A program made the position numbers and the translations under genes. A DNA stretch of 64,000 nucleotides from Mytilus californianus. Taxonomy: Eukaryota. The stretch spans positions 87,358,001-87,422,000 of the forward strand of contig NW_026262723.1 of the NCBI RefSeq assembly GCF_021869535.1, in the 5' to 3' direction. The notes under the pieces are model-generated. The model did not search any database and was not told the origin of the DNA. It was given only the letters and a program-made list of their open reading frames with translations. Shown piece by piece: positions 39,347-49,094 of this stretch (positions within the stretch are counted from its first letter, which is position 1; each line of letters opens with the position of its first letter).

Positions 39347-40041
39347 TGTTTTAATCGTACCGATAAATGACTTTTGTTATTATATATTTATTGTATAAGT
39401 ATGTTTAAACATTGTTAATTCTAAAACTTTTATTATCCTTGTCTCTGTTATTACACTCGGGACACCTCTGAATTGTTTATTTCAATTGACGTACAATGAC
39501 GTTTTACCTATTTTGGTAATTACCAGTTCCGGTTTAGGTAATTTAGGTATTTCCTAAATGGTAAATGGTAAACCAAATCGGTAAAGTGGATTACCTAAGT
39601 ATAAATACGGCGGAGGATTCAGATAAGTCTTCAGCACGATTTTACCCTATGCAAGTAACTATCGCTAATTTCAAGCGATTTTAATATAAATATAGATACC
39701 AGTTACCAGACCCAAGTAGTGATAAGGGAGACGACATATTACAATGTACGAGGAGACAAAGTCCGTATAAAGTGGGTTTGATAAATCCTTTACAATTCCA
39801 GTTACACTTACAAAATAACTTCGCAAGTTAAACTATTTAACGAATCTTTTGGTATCGAGTTTTACCATTTACTGAATACTAAATTACAATTAGTAAACTT
39901 TCTGAGTATATTTTTCCGCTATCCATTTACTTTATTTACAGAAGAAGGCTGATAAAATGTCTGTTTATTAGAATTGAACACTGTTAAGTTATTTAAAATA
40001 TATATGTATTGTTGATATTTAATGCGTATTAAAGTTAAGTA

Positions 40042-40228
40042 TTAGATACAATACAAAGGTAACAAAGAAACAGGCCGGTAACAAGCGTTGCCGGATAGTT
40101 TTTCTGCACGAGTAGTCAGGTGAAGGTCCGAGGCGATAGCCGAGGACCTTGACCTGACTACAAGTGCAGAAAAACTTTACGGCAGTTTGTTTCCGGCCTG
40201 TTTTTTGTTACCTTTGTATTGTATCTGA
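40042..40228. repeat. Near-perfect ~187 bp palindromic (foldback) element with a GC-GATA-GC apex
   Basis: The left arm agatacaatacaaaggtaacaaa...gtagtcaggtgaaggtcc pairs with the right arm. Centre: ggtcc-ga-ggc-gata-gcc-ga-ggacc. Confidence 0.9.
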
Positions 40229-42384
40229 CTTGTACGACGTTTCAAGAAAGAAGTAGTACATTTTGCATTTAGAAGAGGTAGCAAAATTAAACAGATTAGA
40301 AACTGAAATGACCATATACAAGTTAATGTAAGTTACAGTTTAAACAAACTTTTTTTAACTTTCCTTCAGCCGAGAGTTTTTTTTTCTAAAATTAAAAAAT
40401 CTAATAATTTTATAAAAAAGAACCATATCATATATTGTTGAAAAAATGCAGGATGTGCCATTCCATTCCCCATTCCCCCTTAAAAAAATAATAAAAATCG
40501 TCCGTTTGTTCCCAAATATATGAATTCAATATATATGATTTCAATAACAATATAAATGTATAAAAAGAAAGAATTTTTTATTTCATTAGTGAATGAAATG
40601 TTATGAAAAAATAGATTTTGGCTTGTTATTAGATATATATAGGCATATATTTTAGTTTTTTTTTAAATTTTCATGCTTGTAGGTCTCTTATAGTATTGAT
40701 CAGGATTAAACACGTGTCACAATATGATCCAATCGCAGCTTACCGTCCAAAATTGGTGACATAAGTTGAAAGATTTTCTTCAAGATTTGCTGCCTATTTG
40801 AATATGTATTACACGGACACTTTTTATTTATAGGATCAATCGTGCATTGGTGAGTTGATAGGGATTTTATCTTTTGATTAGATTTTTTTTTTTTTTTTAT
40901 ATATATTTCCTGTCTTTTATATTGATATATAAAAGTCGGTACCAGCATTTCTTGACTTTCAGCATTGTCCAGAATACTATTCATGTCCATATATTGAAAA
41001 AATACATTTACATATCGACCATTATCTTCAAAAGGGGGTATGTTTTTATTTACTTTTTCAACGCTATCACCAAATATTTTTTCGAAATTAGCACTATAAT
41101 ATACTGTATTTGGAAAATCAGGAATCAGAACATTATTTTGTCATCTGCTTGACCACACTATATTTTTTCTCATAAAATTGGGGATCAGAATATTTTTTTT
41201 GGGGAAAAAACCATAACCCCCCTTTTTGAAGTTAAATGGTCAATTCCGTAGTGTACTGATATGAATAGTAATATACTGGAATTATTTGAAAAAAATATAG
41301 TTATTTGATGCCAACGTAAATATTTTAATAAAAAAGACAGGAAATGTGTCGGTGAAACAAAAACTTCAAATCTTACTGAAATTTAAAGTGCCCATGAACT
41401 CACTGATCATGCACGAGTGATTCAATTCATAAAAAGTGTCCGTGTAACAACTAAAAAGTGTCCGTGTATCATCTATAGAGTGTCCGTGTAACACCCGTTA
41501 ATGTACTGTTTTTCTATAGCTCTGCTGGGGGCAAAGTCGTACAATATAAGTTGTTTTTATTTAACGAGTCTGTTATTCTTACAAACATCGATACGGAGAG
41601 TTACCATACAAAACCACGCTTTTACGGACCAAAAACCTATAATAAATGGAAGTTTTTAACGACCTTGACTGGCTATACAGCCCTTGCACGGTCGGAAATC
41701 CAAAAACCTAAACTCCAATCTACCCCTTTATATCCGAGTCATTACCTTACCAGAGAATCCAACCTTACCAGGGTGTATACAGAATACCAGAGTACCACGC
41801 TACCAAAGAAAGAGTTATTGGATGTACACTTATTCTCTATTTATGACAGTCACTGCTATTACAAAAACATATTCTTATAGCATTACACTAAGGCCCGGCC
41901 GCTCGGTTTTCGTTGCAGTATTATTAAACTTATCGATTAAATGGAATTAAGACGAAAATTTCCTAAATTTGGCCATAAACAATAAACAGCGATCCATAAC
42001 AATACAGGGACACAACGGGTGCCCATAGAAATACCTACAACCTGTGGGTAAACTTTTAGGCCGAATCATGCATATATGTTGTCAAGGAAAACTACTAAAA
42101 TTGCAATGCTTTACAGAATATTTAACATCTTCTAACATTATATCACTCTGCATAATCATAAAAAATGTTAGAACATACATCGGGGAAAATGAACTGAATG
42201 TCATTTCTAATATAAAAAAATATATATATATCATATGAAATAACTCGTTAAAACAAACATAAGGAATATGCACGTTTCGTAAATTCTAATAAAAGCTATA
42301 TCATATCAATCAACTTGAATGAACAAAAGATGCCTGACGTAGTGCATACGTCAATGAGACAGTAAGCAAAAGACTAGAAAAAAC

Positions 42385-42976
42385 ATAAACAACAACATCA
42401 ATATGGTTCTTTCTTCTATTACAATTTTAATAATTTTGACACCAGTCTTTAGTAAAGATTCTTATTCTACCATCAAAAAGTTGGGGTTTTTTTTTTGTGT
42501 GCTATATTTAGTATTTGTGATCTAAGATAAATTGACCTTAAAATCGATCTTATTATTCCTCTCATTGCATGTGATCATCTATTTTGTTTAGGTTCAAATC
42601 CAACGTAAGGTCCATTAGTAATCATTCGGAAACCCTCTTTCTGCACTTCTTTTCGTATCTGCAATTATCAACATAAGGTCGTCAACAACAACGAATTGTT
42701 TATAAACAATAACATCAATATGGTTCTTTCTTCAATTACAATTTTAATAATTTTGACACCAGTCTTTAGTTAAGATTCTTATTCTACCATCATTAAGTTG
42801 GGTTTTTTTTGTGTGCTATATTTAGTATTTGTGATCTAAGATATATTGACCTTAAAATCGATCTTATTATTCCTCTCATTGCATGTGACCATATATTTTG
42901 TTTTTGGTCCAAATCCAACGTAAGGTTCATTAGTTATCTTTCGGAAACCCTCTTTCTGCACTTCTTTTCGTATCTG
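42385..42976. repeat. Local direct duplication, ~275 bp unit (42385-42661 and 42702-42976)
   Basis: Both copies run from aacatcaatatggttctttcttc to cttcttttcgtatctg with few differences. Confidence 0.9.
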
Positions 42977-43546
42977 TAAACTTTACCTTTAATATATTTA
43001 CAACATACTCAATAAGGATATTTCTAGCATTTTATTTGATCATATATCCAAGTTTGGATCTAACTCCAAGTAAGGTAGCTAAGTCTCATCCGTTAACCCT
43101 TTTCTCAACTGATTTAGTTTTATTTTTAATATCTCTGATCTTTACCTTTACAATCGATAGAGACTTCCTCGCAATATGTATGTTTTACATTGCTTCTCTT
43201 ATATTTCAAAGGTCACGTCAGCGACCGGGGATATATTTGAGATGCCGTGTAATCAATCTGCATTTAGGTATTAAATAACCATTTGATCTTTTCTCTGGTA
43301 TTAAACTTTTTCTAACAGAAAAGCTATTTGTTTTGTTTTATAAAAAAATAAGAAGATAAGATAAGAATAGTGTCCGTATCAAAAATTCACATTATGTGAA
43401 GAAAAGCAGACGTTTTCTTTATCAAAAAGGAAGTATGTTTTGTAATGTCTACATGAAATGATTTTTAAAACGGACATATTTTCTAGCAAATTATGATTAT
43501 ATTTAAAGAATGTGTATTTATAATCTATCATTATTACTTTTCACTA

Positions 43547-44100
43547 CAACTATACGTCACCGTACGGCCTTCAAAAATTACCGAAACCCACACCGCATAG
43601 TCAGCTATAAAAGGCCCCGAAATAAAAAATGTAAAACAATTCAAACGAGAAAACTAATAACCTGATATATGTAAAAACAATGAACGAAATCAAATATGAT
43701 ATACAGCAAAAAACAACAACCATTGAATTACAGGCTCTTGACTTGGGACAGGCACATACAGAATGTGGCGAGGTTGAACATGTGAGCGGGCGCCCCCTAA
43801 CCTGGGACAGTGGCGTAACAGTAAAATATATGAAGAAACTATAAAATCAGTTGAAAAGGGCTTAACTTATCAGATCGATACAAAGCAGAAAAAACAAGTT
43901 ACAAAAACGCAGACCGGACGTGGCAGGGAGTTTATACATCCCTACAACAAGAAAGACAATACGTACAGATCTGAGAGAACTCGCAGCTACTGACAGCTAG
44001 TTCAAAGCCAATAACAACTAATAAAAAAATCATGTATCTAAGACTGAAGTATCAATCAGCACACATCCAACATCCAATTCATTTAGTGTAAAGACGTCAT
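43547..44100 (+). repeat. Dispersed repeat family A, long copy (5'-truncated)
   Basis: Colinear with 1858-2414. Confidence 0.85.
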
Positions 44101-46118
44101 TACAAAATGTCACATCCGGTGTCACCTGATAGGTAACTTCACACTTATTCTAAAGATTATATGGTTTCTTTTATATGAAATTAGTACAAAATTGAATTCT
44201 TCTGAGAAACACCAGGGCACTTCCGGTTATATTATGTCGTCCTATATTGCAAAAGACTTCATGGCTTATAGTGTACCAGTATGACGTTATAGCAAATATC
44301 AAAATCAAATGGCCTTTGATCTTGACTTCAATGTGAAGGACAAATGTTAAGGAACTCTAATCAAAAGCCTCCAAGTCTTATAAGTATGATTAAGAAGATA
44401 TCCTATACTAAACAGCTTAATTTGAATATTTAAGGGGAGAAAAATCATATAAAAAGTCACTAGAGCACTTCGACCCAAATCTATTGGTGTAACGTCAAGA
44501 CGAATGAACTGTTCAATATCATACACCAAATATGTAATCGACATGTTGCGAATCAAAAGCAACATTTTAGAAGCAAAAGTTGCGGAAGAAAAAAAATAAT
44601 AATCAGAACAAATTCAACAGGTCTTTGCACGGAAAAGTAAAAATAAAATAAACAATTCTACTCAATTCAATCATGGGTTTATACATCTATGATTCAATAA
44701 ACGACAGTTTTGTACATTGCACGTATTTTTTGAAAAGTCGTCGTGAGTTAAAATATTAAAAACTTCCTGTTTCGATTAATTTACAAGGAAACAATACAGA
44801 TAATGATGACTGAAGATCAAACTAAAAACGAAAATTCCCGTGAATCACAATAAAACAGGCAAAGAATACTAATCGCGCAGTGTATATCTCTACAGGTCTA
44901 ATAATAAAGAGTATACAGAACTAGGTTGAATTGAATCGACACGAAAGGTAGGAACTTAATGTATCATATTATCTGGATGAGTTACATAGTACGAGGAATA
45001 AATTAGAATTGTATTTCCTGTTTATTGTGATGATAAATGTTTAATGTATGGTATATCGTCTAAGAGTCTAGACATGGAAAGTATAATTAGAATAGGAAGA
45101 GGAGATTAATTTTCGGGTTCAATCCACTAACACGTAGTAACAGTTACCACAGTGTTATTTTACGATGACATAGTTTTGCTCATCACAAAAATTCTTTTAT
45201 TGTCAATTGAGTTTATCTGAAGTAACAATTTCAAAAATGTTTAGTTCTCAGAAATCTTTATGTCAATTCCCCGTTTCAAAATCTATTGCTTTCCGGTATA
45301 TATTTAAAAGCATACACCAAAACATTGTGTTGGTTATCAACATTCTTAAATAATGTAAAAAGTTAAAATTGCGTCACGTTATTTTATTTGCATTTTTGGT
45401 ATACAAACAAAACAACTCACCAAAGATACCAGGCTTATAATGTTGTACGCCTGATGCGTGTTTCGTCGACAATAGACTAATCAGTGACGCTCGAATGAAA
45501 AAAACTTGAAAGCAAAATAAAGTACGAAGTTGAAGAGCATTCAGAACCAAAATTTCGGAAAGGTTTTACCAAATACAGCTCTGTTAGTACTTGCAAACAT
45601 ACTCTGTTCCTGGAGTAGAAAATCCTTAGTATTAGTATTTCGATCAATGTTTTGTAATCTGTGAATAAACTCCTATAAATTTTGAAATTGTGAATTTGGA
45701 CAACACATCTGTTGTCACATTTCTGTTTCCAAATTCAAATTCTATCAAACTATTTCGGCAACCTGTCACTTCCATATACAAAAATATAGGCGTAAAACAC
45801 ATATTTTTATAATTTTTCTGCATTCGATGCATGTTTATGAATGAAAGAAACGAGAAGAATAACTAATATCATTTGAAGCGTTTCTTGTATGATTATTACA
45901 TTTTGCTTACTAAGACCAGTTTAGTATTATGAACAAATACAAGATGATTGATATCAGATCATTAAAACATTTAGTATTGCTGTCCTATAAATTAAGTACT
46001 GTGACTATCTATTTCAGGAAAGGAAAAATGGTTGAAATATTGACACCGTTTAATGGTCACCTCAATAACTAAATATCCGTTTTACATGATCAACTTCCAT
46101 CTTACAGCGAGATTTAAA

Positions 46119-47600
46119 ATGAGACAAAAATTGAAGAAAATCCTGCATGCTGCATTTGTTATGCCATGGACAACTGGTTTGATTAAAGAATATCGTAACG
46201 GTGACTTTTCCATTCATGACGGCAGCATTGCTGGAGTAGTTATTTTGACAACAATTATTATCATGATATTTGAACTCATGTGTTTCTTTCCTAAAACTAC
46301 TTCCCGGATAGTAATGACTGTTTTGTTGATCATTGCAGTTTTCACCTTGATTTCCCTAAGCCTTTCAGCTTGCAGGAATAAACACTGGACAGTGCCAAGA
46401 AGTTCAAAAGGCAGTCACAGTTTGAAATTGAAATTCCTTTGGCTATTTTGTGTAGCAAATATTACTTTCGAAATAGTGAAATTTGCAATTTATAGCAAAT
46501 GTGACCAACTTCCAGATGTTCTACTTTATTACATTTCAACTTGGATATTTCAAATTTTGCAAACATTCTTCCTTCATTACTTTTCCAAATTCATATTTAA
46601 TAATATATTGTGTCTTTATTATGGATTTCTTGTTCTTGTTGTCACAAACTTTTCACTGTGGACACATCGAACTATATTTACATATTATGAAGCCAAATCA
46701 TTTTTAAACATCAGTGACATAAGTGGAAATGTATGTAATGATACAAAATCGTTTGTTCCGATGAAACAATTTAAACCATTTTTAGATCCAGTGTCTTTAG
46801 AATACTGTCTGTTATGTGTGATACTCCTATCCGAGATGTGGCCGAGAGCAAAATATCCCGAACTTCAAAGTCGACAACTACAAGAGTCCTCTTCGAGGCA
46901 AGACACAGAAGAACATCAGTGGTTATTACGTTGCAATAGCAATGTTCCGACTAGAACAGTTTGGAATAGAAAATCCATTATAGTTTTAATTATTGGTATC
47001 TTGTATATGATTGTATTTATTGTTATTCAGACATTGTTTCTTAACATTGATCAACTGAGAAATAATTACTTGCACGTAGCTTTCGTATTTTATGTTTGTG
47101 GAAATTTCATTCGGATACCACTTACAATAAAGTGTTTTTACGCATTTTCTGCACAACTCCGTCCTAAATCAAATGCTCAAACGGTCACAGACATGAAACA
47201 TGTAATTATTTTAGTTAGTTCAATGGCTACCTGTGGATATATAATAGCAGAATGTGTAGAGAATCTTCGCTACGGTGAAGTAAAAATCATACTTAATGCC
47301 ATTTTCCGTGTGCTAAGCACTGTTATGCAAACTTCATTTATTTTACAAATGAAACAGTACAAACGAGTAGACAGGACAAACACTATTATGTCTGTACAGA
47401 ATACATTTTTATTCATGTGTTGCATAAACTTCAGTTTTTGGTTTTCATATACCTTTATATCACCACAGTATACTGTCAGATTGCAAAGACACTTTTTTGA
47501 AATTGCCAGCTGGCTAAAAATTAAACATTTCTGGTTCCCTTTTATTATATTTTACCACTTCGAGTGTTTTATCTCATTTTATGACTTCTTTAGAAAATAA
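46119..47600 (+). CDS. Otopetrin-family 12-TM channel, copy 5; single coding exon, 493 aa
   Basis: QTFFL/QTSFI, TNFSLW/INFSFW, PVSLEYCLL..SEMWP and PFIIFYHFE. Start placed at ATG 46119 (MRQKLKK) by paralog alignment, 11 nt after acceptor catcttacag. AATAAA at 47666. Confidence 0.92.
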   Translation: MRQKLKKILHAAFVMPWTTGLIKEYRNGDFSIHDGSIAGVVILTTIIIMIFELMCFFPKTTSRIVMTVLLIIAVFTLISLSLSACRNKHWTVPRSSKGSHSLKLKFLWLFCVANITFEIVKFAIYSKCDQLPDVLLYYISTWIFQILQTFFLHYFSKFIFNNILCLYYGFLVLVVTNFSLWTHRTIFTYYEAKSFLNISDISGNVCNDTKSFVPMKQFKPFLDPVSLEYCLLCVILLSEMWPRAKYPELQSRQLQESSSRQDTEEHQWLLRCNSNVPTRTVWNRKSIIVLIIGILYMIVFIVIQTLFLNIDQLRNNYLHVAFVFYVCGNFIRIPLTIKCFYAFSAQLRPKSNAQTVTDMKHVIILVSSMATCGYIIAECVENLRYGEVKIILNAIFRVLSTVMQTSFILQMKQYKRVDRTNTIMSVQNTFLFMCCINFSFWFSYTFISPQYTVRLQRHFFEIASWLKIKHFWFPFIIFYHFECFISFYDFFRK

Positions 47601-47839
47601 CATTGTTGTTTTTGAATTCTGACTATTAATAATACGTTGCATTATATTGTTCTTCTCTCATATACAATAAAAGTTGATATTTGATGTCTTCCTATCTTAT
47701 TCTATTTTTCATTCTCAAATTCTGTTATATCGACCCGTAACACACTTTTCCTGTTAGAAATATTGTGTATTAAAATGTTTTAACATTTACAGTTTGATCG
47801 GATCAAATTAAACTAGCCCTACACTACCGTTGTCAGCCA

Positions 47840-48041
47840 TACAAACAAGTAGACAGGACTATATTATAACGTCTATACATGTACGTGTTGCATAAACTTC
47901 CGATTTTATTTTTCGTACACATTTATATCACCACAGTATACTGTTAGATTGCATCGACACTTTTTTGGAATTGCCAGCTGGCTAAAGATTAAACATATCT
48001 GGTTCCCCCTTTATCATATTTTACAACTTTGAGTCTTTTAT
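47840..48041 (+). pseudogene. Decayed duplicate of the 3' end (TM11-TM12) of otopetrin-like copy 5
   Basis: tacaaacaagtagacaggac...atcaccacagtatactgttagattgca...gaattgccagctggctaaagattaaacat..ctggttcccc matches 47358-47572 with indels that break the frame. Confidence 0.9.
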
Positions 48042-48650
48042 TCCAACTTTTTCCGCGTATGGAGTACACATTTCTCAAGTCATACAATATTATAAAGTTT
48101 GCAACTGCCACTCAGACTGTGTAACACGTCATCGGTGTCTGGGCAAAAAATTAATTAGCCAGGGTTTTGTCAAAGAACGTCTCGTCCTTTTTCTCAAACA
48201 TTTCATCGGCAAATACCAAGAATTATTAGATATATAATCAGGGTCTACTTCACAAATAATACAAGATTGTCTTGGGAATAAGATTCAAGGTGCTGACGTT
48301 ATGTATCATTTTACTTATTTTAGAGTTTTCCTTATATTTGTCTTTGTACTATTATGTTCCTTTTTGGTCTTATGAATCAGACTCGGTGTTTGTTCATCCA
48401 GCTATCAGGTTTTTGGCTTTGGGCCTTCCTGGTGCGGGTAGGTCTAGAGGTATGATTAGGACGCATGAGGTTTTAATCGTGTTGTATTTTTTTCTTTACC
48501 ATTGTATTTATATTTTACTTAATTTGTTCTTTATCGGGAAAGTGTTGGCGTCTTTGCAGATTTATTTGCATGTTTGTTTTTGTTTTTTTGTGCTGCTAGA
48601 TCCCAATGATTGTCAAGTTTACCAATTATCCCTTTATGGGATTCTTTCCC
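48040..48650 (+). mobile_element. Penelope-like RT C-terminal remnant plus 3' tail
   Basis: The frame from 48040 reads IPTFSAYGVHISQVIQYYKVCNCHSDCVTRHRCLGKKLISQGFVKERLVLF, matching the PLE IP..AYGVYISQLIRY...KLL.QG pattern. A related copy lies at 30540. Confidence 0.75.
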
Positions 48651-49094
48651 AATTTTGTCAGATTAAGCCACCATTTTCTTTTAAAAATGCCAGTTCCAAG
48701 TCAGGAATATGGCAGTTGTTTTCCATTCGTTCCATTGGCTGATATAGTCGAGCGTTTGATTTTGTCAGGTTTAATGGACCTCTTCCTTTTGTAGAATTAA
48801 CCTTGTTGTTCGGTATTTTTTGTAAATACGATTTTATGTTGTTTTATGACTTTTTTTTAGAAAATAAAGTTGTTAATTTTAAATGCTTACTATTGATAAT
48901 TCCTTTTCATCATGTGATGATACGAATATATTGGCACTATCATATGAGAGATGATTTTTCTCTCAATTACAATTAAAGGTAAACTTTGATGTCTTCAGTT
49001 TTCTTCATTCACAACTTCTATTACAACGGCCTGTTTTACACTTTTCCCGTTTGAAATAAAGTGATTTAAAACATTTTAACATTTTCAGCTTGAT

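Noticed and set aside
41551-41950. Two overlapping ORFs of 109 and 88 aa
   Set aside because: No recognisable domain; they sit among MITE-like repeats and are probably non-coding.
48272-48742. 156-aa hydrophobic ORF
   Set aside because: Spans the T-rich tail of a Penelope-like remnant and another repeat, has a TTG start, and its hydrophobicity comes from base composition.
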